From IMG/VR virus record IMGVR_UViG_3300033489_000001, positions 254,023 through 318,022 of that record: a stretch of DNA of 64,000 nucleotides, one strand, 5' to 3'. Below the pieces are notes generated by a model that saw only the letters and a list, made by a program, of their open reading frames with translations, had not been told where the DNA came from and did not search any database. This stretch comes from a virus (Duplodnaviria; Heunggongvirae; Uroviricota; Caudoviricetes). The position numbers were made by a program, and so were the translations under genes. Positions 45,344 through 53,875 of the stretch are shown here, piece after piece (the stretch's first letter is position 1; each line of letters starts with the position of its first letter).

Positions 45344-45720
45344 CCTAATATCACGGTTAGGTCATAGCGGGAAAATGGATCAGAGACTTCTCCTGCACCG
45401 GCGGCCGTAATCGTTCCGTAAAGTACTTGGGGCCTTCCGTTCTTACCCGTAAAGGGCACCGTAAACTTCCAAACTTTAGAATTCGGCCTGCCCTCACGAT
45501 CATGGCCATAATCCGCACTGGTTATTGTATACGGAATGCCGTTCTTTTTAAAAATAGAGAAAATCTGATGGACAGGTATCCAAGAATCATCTCTAAAAAA
45601 TCCGTCAGTAAGCCTGCCAATCAACCTGTAGAGGTACCTCTTGACTTGATCACGAGTTGTTTCCTCTAAAGGATTTTGGCTGGCGGCGAAACGAGTTAGA
45701 ACACGCAGGGAAGGAGTCAT
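45340..45720 (-). CDS. Hypothetical protein with N-terminal RVLTRF motif
   Basis: MTPSLRVLTRFAAS. Confidence 0.65.
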   Translation of the reverse strand: MTPSLRVLTRFAASQNPLEETTRDQVKRYLYRLIGRLTDGFFRDDSWIPVHQIFSIFKKNGIPYTITSADYGHDREGRPNSKVWKFTVPFTGKNGRPQVLYGTITAAGAGEVSDPFSRYDLTVILG

Positions 45721-45781
45721 AGCTCTCCGGGAAGATTTTTAGAATCTCTCTCCGTTGCTATTTCACAAATGGCTTAACCGA

Positions 45782-46075
45782 TTACCAATAAAATCTGGCT
45801 CGCCTTAGCAGCCATTGTATAACGTTTTCATGCGGTTCGCACGACTCCCAATGGGACCCGCACATTGGACAAATCAAATGCTCTGGACAAACTAGATGGT
45901 CAGGAAGCAACCCAGCTTTTGCAGATGATGAAAGAACGCCTTGTTTGCAGTCCGGACATGTCATACTTAAAGGACGTTCTGGACCACATAAGACTTCTAC
46001 CCCGTCATCCGTGCCCATCTTATATGCTGGTGGGAAGGTTCGTTTCGCTACGCCTTTCCGAACCATATAAGTCAT
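45782..46075 (-). CDS. Small Zn-ribbon protein
   Basis: CPDC...CPMC; ATGA overlap with clpX. Confidence 0.55.
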   Translation of the reverse strand: MTYMVRKGVAKRTFPPAYKMGTDDGVEVLCGPERPLSMTCPDCKQGVLSSSAKAGLLPDHLVCPEHLICPMCGSHWESCEPHENVIQWLLRRARFYW

Positions 46076-47280
46076 TCGATGATCTCAGCTTTCGTGATAT
46101 GGATCGTAGAAGTGTTTGAACCAGCAGAGGCTGCATACGTATACGGTTTGAGAACTTTTTCCATGATGGTTCTTAGTGCCCTGGCTCCAGTAGTTCTCTT
46201 TTGAGCCAACTTTGCAATGGCTTGAAGAGCTTCTTGATTAAATTGCAATTCAATCCCGTCTAAGGAAAAAAGAGCCCTGAACTGCTTACACAGAGCATTC
46301 TTTGGTTCAACTAAGATTCGAATTAACTCTTCTTCTGTCAATTGATAAGTGGATACCAATACAGGAAGCCGTCCCACAATTTCTGGAATTAACCCAAATT
46401 CTTCAACATCCTCGGTTGTAACATTCTTGTAAATTTCCGTCTTGTCTCGATTTTGGCAAAGTTCTTTACCAAAGCCTATACCGCTTGATTTATTGAGTCT
46501 TTTATCAATTATTTCTTCAATACCCGCAAAGGAGCCAGCGGCGATAAACAGGATGTTTGACGTGTCCATAGTGTCTACAGGGGCTATTCCAGATCGCATC
46601 CCCATACCCCTAGGGACCGGAACTTTAGAGCCTTCTATGAGTTTTAGTAGGGCCTGTTGAACGCCCTCTCCCGTCACATCTCGATACCCCGAAGCACTAC
46701 GTCCTGACTTCCTAGCCAGCTTGTCAAACTCATCTAAGAAAATGATGCCCCATTGAGCCCATTCAATGTTTTGCTGGGCATCTGCAAGTAACCCTTGAAG
46801 CACTGTTTCTACGTCATCCCCAACGTATCCGGCTTGAGTCAGCCTGGTGCAATCCGCTACGTAAAAAGGCACGTCCAACATTTTAGCGATGGCTCTGGCC
46901 AGTAGGGTTTTACCCGTGCCGCTGGGACCCATCAGTAGAACATTGGATTTTTCTATTTCTATTCGTTCTCCATCTAATAAGATACCCCCATCCTTGCTTA
47001 CTTCCCGGCGGCGGTAGTGCCTATAGACCGCTATGGCCAGCTCCCGTTTAGCATCCTCTTGGCCTATTACAATTGTGTCTAATAAGGCCGTGATCTCACG
47101 AGGTTTCTTTAATGGAGCTGCTGCGGCCTCAGGTTTTTTACTCTTTTCTTGCTCAAGGGCTTTAGTAGCATCCTCAATGCAACCATTACAAATACAAGCC
47201 CCGGAAGCGGACTCAATGAGGCTCTTGACTTCATTTCGAGGCCGTCCGCAAAAATGACAAATTGGAGGAACATCCGGCAT
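46072..47280 (-). CDS. clpX: ATP-dependent Clp protease ATP-binding subunit ClpX
   Basis: N-terminal C4 Zn domain (CHFCG...CNGC), KSNVLLMGPSGTGKT, TQAGYVGDDVE, RDVTGEGVQQALLK, IGF loop, TGARALR. Confidence 0.95.
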   Translation of the reverse strand: MPDVPPICHFCGRPRNEVKSLIESASGACICNGCIEDATKALEQEKSKKPEAAAAPLKKPREITALLDTIVIGQEDAKRELAIAVYRHYRRREVSKDGGILLDGERIEIEKSNVLLMGPSGTGKTLLARAIAKMLDVPFYVADCTRLTQAGYVGDDVETVLQGLLADAQQNIEWAQWGIIFLDEFDKLARKSGRSASGYRDVTGEGVQQALLKLIEGSKVPVPRGMGMRSGIAPVDTMDTSNILFIAAGSFAGIEEIIDKRLNKSSGIGFGKELCQNRDKTEIYKNVTTEDVEEFGLIPEIVGRLPVLVSTYQLTEEELIRILVEPKNALCKQFRALFSLDGIELQFNQEALQAIAKLAQKRTTGARALRTIMEKVLKPYTYAASAGSNTSTIHITKAEIIE

Positions 47281-47327
47281 AGTCTAAGTACTACACCAAA
47301 TGACACTCAAATTAGGATAATTGTTAT

Positions 47328-48095
47328 CTAAACCTCTCCATAAATTATGCAATCTTGGCCCCACACAAGACCCTCACATTGAACGCTTCCATCGGGTTTA
47401 ATTATGCAGCTTCCCCCGTCTCCAAAGTCATTAGGAGTCTCTTTTCCATAGCGATTGCTTACGGCTAAAACAGTATCATTGTCTTTTACGAAGTCCATCC
47501 AGGCATTCGCTGGAAACGCTCCCTTTCCCCAGGCGGAACTTAAACAAACTATGCTGGCATCACCTTTTTCATAGAAAGATTTCCAGTTGGCATCTTTCTT
47601 ATCCCGAACATCTCGACAGATTAAAAGGCCTACTTTATGCGTTTTTCCGTTAACTTCAATCTTTCTAATCGGAGGGTTAGCTCGCCCCTCGGACGCCCAC
47701 AACCAGTCCGCAGAAAACAGATTCACCTTGCGATAGGTTTCAAAGGAACCATCTGGACACATCAGAACTTGAGAATTAAATAAATTTTTAGACCCGTTAT
47801 CTTTTTCAATCAAACCCCACACTATGTGCGTTTCGTATTTACGAGCCAAAGAGTAGAATACTGACATACTCGAATTGGCATCACCTTTAGTTTGAGGTTT
47901 GAAGTCACTAATGACTTCTGCAAAAGGTTCCGCTTCTTCCCGGTTAATGAAGCTATAGCCCGTAATCGAAAGTTCTGGGAGCACAATTAGCTTAGAACCA
48001 TGTACCCCTGCTTCAATAACTAAAGAAGCTAATTTCTTAAGATTTTTACGAACGTCTTTAAACGTTGGACAAAATTGTATGACAGCTACTAGCAT
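47328..48095 (-). CDS. Carbon-nitrogen hydrolase (nitrilase superfamily)
   Basis: LIVLPEL, YRKVNL, GLLICRD give the E-K-C triad. Confidence 0.88.
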   Translation of the reverse strand: MLVAVIQFCPTFKDVRKNLKKLASLVIEAGVHGSKLIVLPELSITGYSFINREEAEPFAEVISDFKPQTKGDANSSMSVFYSLARKYETHIVWGLIEKDNGSKNLFNSQVLMCPDGSFETYRKVNLFSADWLWASEGRANPPIRKIEVNGKTHKVGLLICRDVRDKKDANWKSFYEKGDASIVCLSSAWGKGAFPANAWMDFVKDNDTVLAVSNRYGKETPNDFGDGGSCIIKPDGSVQCEGLVWGQDCIIYGEV

Positions 48096-48114
48096 ATATA
48101 GGCTCTTTCCTAAC

Positions 48115-48894
48115 TCAAACTAAAGAAGGATTAGCGCTAGCAGTCTCGAACTGATGCCTCCATCGAGCGATTTTTGTTCCGACAAAAGTTTGCCCAAATC
48201 CTATTTTTGGTGTGGCGCACATAAGCGCGGCGGGACATTTTCCGCTTCGCCCATCAGGGAATTGAATCATAAAAGAGCCGTCTACTTGAACGATGGAGGC
48301 ACGTTCCTTCAGACGTTCAAGTATAATTTTTACGTTTTGTACATCCGATCGGAACCTTACAAAATTGGTGGTTCCGATTGAAGATATATCCAGAACTTGA
48401 ATTTTTCTAAATAGAATCTTTTCAGCATTAGCTGTTGTAAGTACTATTTGAACAACTTCTTTGTAGCTTTCTCTTGGTAAAAGTTGGACTGCAAAATAGG
48501 TGTCCAACACTGTCACAATTACTTCTAATGGTCCCTTACTTACTGCCACAACCGGAAGGGGATTTTCTTGCAGAGCTTCCTTTTCTATAGGAGGAGGAGG
48601 AGGAGGAGGAACTGTGGTTATAGTGGTGGCCAAGCTCTCATCCTTTTGAAGTGAAAGGTTGATTTCTTCTTGGGGTAAAGGAACAGTTTCCTTTTGAAGT
48701 GAAGTAACGGTTTTTTTCCTTGGGGTGTGAGTTGGCTTAGGAACTTTGATAACAGGAGCCTGACGTAATCTCCAAATAGTTTTTCTACTAACTCCAAATT
48801 CTTCGGAAAGCCTGGTGTCAGAGGGTTCCGACGCCAGTCTAGAGATAATTTTTTTTAGCAACTCCTCGGGGAGTCTTGGATTTGGATTCACCAC
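48115..48894 (-). CDS. Protein with N-terminal HTH and Pro-rich linker
   Basis: RLSEEFGVSRKTIWRL; poly-Pro tract. Confidence 0.55.
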   Translation of the reverse strand: MVNPNPRLPEELLKKIISRLASEPSDTRLSEEFGVSRKTIWRLRQAPVIKVPKPTHTPRKKTVTSLQKETVPLPQEEINLSLQKDESLATTITTVPPPPPPPIEKEALQENPLPVVAVSKGPLEVIVTVLDTYFAVQLLPRESYKEVVQIVLTTANAEKILFRKIQVLDISSIGTTNFVRFRSDVQNVKIILERLKERASIVQVDGSFMIQFPDGRSGKCPAALMCATPKIGFGQTFVGTKIARWRHQFETASANPSLV

Positions 48895-48946
48895 GAAATT
48901 CCTTATAAGGTAATGTCTTCATTTTAAGCACAAGTTTTGAATAAGT

Positions 48947-49498
48947 CTAGGGGACGATTCGTTTAATAACCTCCTCCCAATTATAAACCCGGAACCTATC
49001 ATACTGTTTCAGTAAATGTGTATTAGGGATATCCCAAAGCATTCCAAGTTTGTCTGGATATTCTTCTAACCAAGAAGTCACATGTTCAGGATTATCATCT
49101 AACAAGGCGTCACCCGCTATGAGGAATTTAGATCCTGTAATAATTACCTCTTTCTTATTAAAACCAAAATATTTTTGCAGCCATATGTATCGTTCGTACA
49201 CCCAAGTAGGACTATGAACTGGACTTGTAACAGGATATACGTCCACATATTTTCGCAGTTCTCGAACGGCCTCAATGGCACCTGGCATCGGGGCTAGAGC
49301 GCTACAATAACCGGGCTTATTGATTTCCTTGTAAATAGCATTCTGCTCGCTATCCGAAAAACCTTCAAAAATATTCCACGTATTGAAATCAAAAGGGGAA
49401 AGCCTTTTCCCATAGAGGCGGTAGACAATCTCAAACGCGGGGGTTTGGAAATCGCAAATTACTTCGTCCACATCAATTAATAAGCGCTTTCGTTTCAT
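48947..49498 (-). CDS. 5'(3')-deoxyribonucleotidase (NT5C, HAD family)
   Basis: LIDVDEVICDF, PMPGAIEAV, LLDDNP. Confidence 0.88.
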   Translation of the reverse strand: MKRKRLLIDVDEVICDFQTPAFEIVYRLYGKRLSPFDFNTWNIFEGFSDSEQNAIYKEINKPGYCSALAPMPGAIEAVRELRKYVDVYPVTSPVHSPTWVYERYIWLQKYFGFNKKEVIITGSKFLIAGDALLDDNPEHVTSWLEEYPDKLGMLWDIPNTHLLKQYDRFRVYNWEEVIKRIVP

Positions 49499-49508
49499 CT
49501 AAAATCCT

Positions 49509-49679
49509 TTAGGCATTTGGGACTAAACTTTCATTAGAAAGCTGATCAAGATCAACCTTTTTATAAATGTGAATTGGAAAACAGGGGATAATGCAGATCC
49601 ACACGTGGCCGGGTTTCCAAAAAACTCCGAACCATAAATCTTCTAACTTGAACACCCACTCTAGGCCATAATTACGCAT
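49509..49679 (-). CDS. Small hypothetical protein, absent from the ORF track (56 aa)
   Basis: MRNYGLEWVFKLEDLWFGVFWKPGHVWICIIPCFPIHIY...; SD AGGGAG; fills the gap between co-directional genes. Confidence 0.55.
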   Translation of the reverse strand: MRNYGLEWVFKLEDLWFGVFWKPGHVWICIIPCFPIHIYKKVDLDQLSNESLVPNA

Positions 49680-49717
49680 TATTTACTCCCTATTTAGGGA
49701 TAAGGTGGAAGGTGTCT

Positions 49718-50902
49718 TTATGCAAGAACTTCCGCATATACCCCCGATTGAGGTACATCATTGAAATGGTAAGCAGAAAAAGTTTCAGGTTTCAAGTAAA
49801 AGGTAAATTCACATTCAGCGGTTACTTCCCATATTTCTAAAAATTCTCTGGAGTTACAAGTATAGGAGTTAGATCGTATATATAAATAAGCTATTGGGGC
49901 TGACTGACTGTGTAATAAGACGGAGGATACAGCAGCTATTGGTAATACCCTTCCCCGAAACGCCATTGCTACATTTGGGTTGGCCAACAAAAAACCTGTA
50001 GGTAGGGGGTCAAAAACCGAAGCTTCAATCACTTCCGTTTTTGCATATATAAAGTTAGCTAAGAAACGGGCGATGTCTCGTGACCACTGAGACGTGATTT
50101 GTCTTTTAAGCGTCGTGTAAGGGTCATGGCGTAAATTAAATGTCAGAGGGTCGGTTACCGGCGTAATTACATGAGCAAGAGCAGTTGCTGAGGGACAAGC
50201 TTCGAATCCTTTAGGAACTTCAGAAAACATGCAAAAGCGGAACAGATCAAAAAACTCTTTTGTCATTCCAGACTCGGGGGGTAAGAGCGTGGGCAACTCA
50301 TCTCGCAACTGGTCTACTAACTGCTTGCGCCCTTTCGTAGTTGCTCTCAATAAACGATTGTCCCCTTCTTGAGTCAATAGTGCTGAACTAGGAACTCGTT
50401 TAGCCAGCGTTTGTAAGACTTGTTGATCTTTGCTTTGTCTAAAACCCCACTGGACGATCAGCCCTTCCAACTCAGGTCTTAGGCGGGGTAGAGGTTGAGC
50501 TAATTCTCCTGTCTCACGCAGAACAGGAGCAGGTAGATAGACATCCTTTTCCGACACTTTAGCAATGGCCATCCCTGTTTCAGGGGACACCAGTAAAATC
50601 TGATCTCCTAATTGCAAGAACTCATCTGCAAGATACAGACAAGTTTCCCATAGATCTTCAGTATCCTCTAAGTAATCAGGAAGACGAATGAACAAGGCAT
50701 CAGCTAAAGCCTCTGCGGGCCAACTCTCAGCTCTTGCTTGTTTGAAGACATCCTGGAATTCGGGGCAAACACGAATGGCTGTCCTAGCCGCCATCAAGGA
50801 TCCAGGAATAGGTTTTGCGATAGAACTAACAGTAACTTTGATTTGAGCTAGTTTATCAGTCATTAGTTGTAAACCTAGTTGGTCATTTTGATAGATCAGC
50901 AA
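49718..50902 (-). CDS. Hypothetical protein
   Basis: 394-aa ORF in the operon; start uncertain. Confidence 0.6.
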   Translation of the reverse strand: MLIYQNDQLGLQLMTDKLAQIKVTVSSIAKPIPGSLMAARTAIRVCPEFQDVFKQARAESWPAEALADALFIRLPDYLEDTEDLWETCLYLADEFLQLGDQILLVSPETGMAIAKVSEKDVYLPAPVLRETGELAQPLPRLRPELEGLIVQWGFRQSKDQQVLQTLAKRVPSSALLTQEGDNRLLRATTKGRKQLVDQLRDELPTLLPPESGMTKEFFDLFRFCMFSEVPKGFEACPSATALAHVITPVTDPLTFNLRHDPYTTLKRQITSQWSRDIARFLANFIYAKTEVIEASVFDPLPTGFLLANPNVAMAFRGRVLPIAAVSSVLLHSQSAPIAYLYIRSNSYTCNSREFLEIWEVTAECEFTFYLKPETFSAYHFNDVPQSGVYAEVLA

Positions 50903-51329
50903 CTCGTAATTCAGCTCTAATCTGCATTAGAAGTTTGCCAAGCATGTTCTTCCCTGGAGGGCAATGTCCACATTCACAATAACCCCAATAAGTATCATGC
51001 CACCTGTTACCTTCTATAATGGTCAGGTCATTTGTGTCTAACAACTTCTGTTTTAGTTCCGGGTAACCTAAGAATTTTGAGATCAATAATTGACGCATTA
51101 CATTAGGTCGAAGCGTTTCCCAATCAGCTACGAGTTTAACTTTTTTCCCGAGTTTTTTTGCGTGCCCGGCAGACGAGGCGTTTTGAATGGCTTCGATGTC
51201 CGCTATATTTATTGTCTTTGCTGCTTGATAGGCGTGCTCTACCGTTTGGAACCTTCTTCCTTTGAATGTTATAGGAGCCCCATAGAAGTTGCTTAGAAAT
51301 CTATATTTTCCCAGGAATCTATTGATCAT
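50883..51329 (-). CDS. NADAR-family protein
   Basis: FLSNFY, TVEHAYQAAK, AKKLG, KF...LLDT, EGNRWHDTYWG, GKNMLGKLLM. Confidence 0.92.
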   Translation of the reverse strand: MINRFLGKYRFLSNFYGAPITFKGRRFQTVEHAYQAAKTINIADIEAIQNASSAGHAKKLGKKVKLVADWETLRPNVMRQLLISKFLGYPELKQKLLDTNDLTIIEGNRWHDTYWGYCECGHCPPGKNMLGKLLMQIRAELRVADLSK

Positions 51330-51332
51330 AAC

Positions 51333-51707
51333 TTAAATAAATTCCACATCAACCGAAATGAGATCGTTGGCCCGATGTATATTATCAAGCCACCATTCAT
51401 TTTCAAAACGTTCTAATTTTTCTATTGCAACCTTGGCATTAAGGCGCGTTTGTGCAAGTATGTATAACTGGTTTTCAGCAATTGTGGCTTCGGGGTCACT
51501 AAATATTTCAAGTTTTATACCCATCAAATCTTTGCCGAATACCTCACAGATCTTAGGGTATATTTCTTCAAAGATAGGGACTATTATTGGATGCTCAAAG
51601 ATGAAGGTACAAACAGGTAAACCTGGGGATATATTTAAAACATGATCACAGAAGGCAAGACCAAATAAGTTTGAGTCTTCACCACATATTTCACACCATA
51701 AACTCAT
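51333..51707 (-). CDS. Hypothetical protein
   Basis: 124 aa in the operon. Confidence 0.55.
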   Translation of the reverse strand: MSLWCEICGEDSNLFGLAFCDHVLNISPGLPVCTFIFEHPIIVPIFEEIYPKICEVFGKDLMGIKLEIFSDPEATIAENQLYILAQTRLNAKVAIEKLERFENEWWLDNIHRANDLISVDVEFI

Positions 51708-51713
51708 GATTAT

Positions 51714-53261
51714 TTACCCAATTACTTTGAGTTTTTTATCCTGCGCAATCGGATCTGCCGCAAATCTAGCTCGAATTCCATCATTCACTTCATGGCTGAA
51801 ACCTACCCACTCCAAAATTTCCTTCATTTCATCTACCATAGTGCGGACGATTCTAGGCTTTTTCTCCAACTCTTTAATGAGAATACCCTCATCAAGAGCC
51901 GGTTTATCTTGTTCAAAAGATTCGGTCATTGCCGCTTTCAAGCATTGCTCAATCTCACGCCCTACCATAGACTCAGATTTTTCAGCTAAGTTGTATAGAT
52001 TAAAATTGTCGGGACTTTGTCTGCATTTTTGAAGATGGATTTTAAGAATGTCAATTCGGTCCTGTAAAGAGGGCAGATCAAAAAAGAATCGTTCGTCAGC
52101 CCGGTTTATCATCTCTACAGGCAAGGTTTTGAGAGAGTTAGCGGTCATAACCATGCATACCGGAGCCGTGGTTTCCTGAAGCCAGGTAGATAGAATTCCA
52201 ATCATGCGACTAGTAGTTCCCGCATCCGTATGTGCTGAAGATTGTCCTCCAGAAAGGGATTTTTCCGCTTCATCGCAAAATAAAATTACGGGAGCCACAG
52301 ACTCAATAATCTTTAGAGCACGATAGATATTGTTTTCGGAGTCCCCAACTCCTGATTGTCTCATACGCCCTAGCTCAAATTGTACGACGGGAAGGTTCCA
52401 AACGCTTCCTAGTGCCTTTGTAGACAAAGATTTGCCCGTACCCCATGCACCTACGGCTAAGACCCCCTTAGGTGGCTCTAAACCGAATTCCCTCCCCTTA
52501 GGTGTCCAGGCCGCCGCTGTTCGATGCGCCCAAGCTTTGAAGCGGCCTACACCACCTACTTGGTCAAAGGTATAACGAGAAGTATCTATGTACTGAACAA
52601 GATCTGTCTTTCGGAGTTGTTTAAAACGATATTCCGTCAACAACTTTGGGTCAGCGTGCTGTGTTTTTTTAAAGCTTTGAATAAGGGATGACTGTATCTC
52701 AAAAGAAGTAAGACCCTTGAAGAGACCTTCAGGATTTTCAGGGACCTCCATTTTAAGTGGCACACAAGTCTTTTCGACTGCCTCTAAAATTTCCTCACTA
52801 GAAAGACCTATATCCTGTACCACCTCAGTATACCGAGCCAGTTTTTCCGGCACGTATCGTTGATTGCTTACACAGATCAGAATTTTTACTGATCCCACAT
52901 CGTTATGCACCTGATGTAGAATGTTCAAGATACGCCGCTGAACCTGGGCATCCCGCAACCATCGATCAGGATCAGTGATCACATAAAACTTGCGTTCTTT
53001 TGGGGCCGGTTCTTTATAGATGGAGATGAGCGCATCATGTATCGATAACGTTGTGCTATTTGTGGTGTGTGCTTTCGATGACCAATCTGTAATAAGCTCG
53101 GTCAAAGAGACTAACCCAAAAGCAGCGTTATACACTTTGACATGCGCTGCTTTTTCCCGCATGGCCGTTTTAAGACCAGTCAGAAAACAATCCTCTTCTT
53201 CAGTCACAAAATAGATAAGAGGGGTATACGACCTAAGAAGAAGTTTGAATTCTTGATTCAT
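51714..53261 (-). CDS. Ycf46-like AAA+ ATPase
   Basis: PLIYFVTEEE N-terminal degenerate domain; PKGVLAVGAWGTGKSL, LFCDEAEK, TAN, FFFDLP. Confidence 0.85.
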   Translation of the reverse strand: MNQEFKLLLRSYTPLIYFVTEEEDCFLTGLKTAMREKAAHVKVYNAAFGLVSLTELITDWSSKAHTTNSTTLSIHDALISIYKEPAPKERKFYVITDPDRWLRDAQVQRRILNILHQVHNDVGSVKILICVSNQRYVPEKLARYTEVVQDIGLSSEEILEAVEKTCVPLKMEVPENPEGLFKGLTSFEIQSSLIQSFKKTQHADPKLLTEYRFKQLRKTDLVQYIDTSRYTFDQVGGVGRFKAWAHRTAAAWTPKGREFGLEPPKGVLAVGAWGTGKSLSTKALGSVWNLPVVQFELGRMRQSGVGDSENNIYRALKIIESVAPVILFCDEAEKSLSGGQSSAHTDAGTTSRMIGILSTWLQETTAPVCMVMTANSLKTLPVEMINRADERFFFDLPSLQDRIDILKIHLQKCRQSPDNFNLYNLAEKSESMVGREIEQCLKAAMTESFEQDKPALDEGILIKELEKKPRIVRTMVDEMKEILEWVGFSHEVNDGIRARFAADPIAQDKKLKVIG

Positions 53262-53283
53262 GTTCGGATAGTTTGGGCGAAGC

Positions 53284-53613
53284 TTAAGCAGTATGCCACA
53301 TTAGAATGAGAGTGCCATCCTCATCTTTTTGACGGCCGTCTATCGTTGTACCAGTTTTTAAATACTCTGCCCGAACTAAAGCTTCGCTGTAATATTTCCG
53401 AAGTACCCCTAACTTAGATAAAGTATGCTCAGAATCACTATCACCTGTGATCGTTCCTTTAGTTAGATCAATGACGGCATTAGCGGCCGGGCCAGAAGTC
53501 ATTTTTATATCGTTATCACTAAGTATCTGGTAGGAAATTCCAGCCAAATCCATAGCTTGTACAGCTAAATCTTTATTAGTGATTTCAGTTTGCATCGTAA
53601 TACGTCTTGACAT
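53284..53613 (-). CDS. DUF1257/Ycf35-like protein
   Basis: MSRRITMQTEITNKDLAVQAM N-terminus; position between a DUF2997-like gene and a Ycf46-like gene. Confidence 0.6.
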   Translation of the reverse strand: MSRRITMQTEITNKDLAVQAMDLAGISYQILSDNDIKMTSGPAANAVIDLTKGTITGDSDSEHTLSKLGVLRKYYSEALVRAEYLKTGTTIDGRQKDEDGTLILMWHTA

Positions 53614-53630
53614 AATAGTACCTGCCTTTC

Positions 53631-53801
53631 CTAACTAATTTCTTCGTGGATAGTGTCACAATCCGGACCAGTGACTTCTTCTTCCCTTTGCTTCCCAATA
53701 CGTTCTGTTAACTTGTACACTTCTCTACAGTCTTGACCTTCTCGGTCTAAGACCTCAACTATGACTGTCCCATCTTCTTTAATAAGTGTTCGACCTCTCA
53801 T
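53631..53801 (-). CDS. DUF2997-like small protein
   Basis: IKEDGTVIVEV...GQDCREVYKLTERIG; ATG 53801 with SD GAAAGGTG. Confidence 0.6.
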   Translation of the reverse strand: MRGRTLIKEDGTVIVEVLDREGQDCREVYKLTERIGKQREEEVTGPDCDTIHEEIS

Positions 53802-53875
53802 TTTGATCACACCTTTCTTCTCTGTACCTACACCAATAAAAACTTTGACCAAAAAACTAGATAATTCTTTTATAG

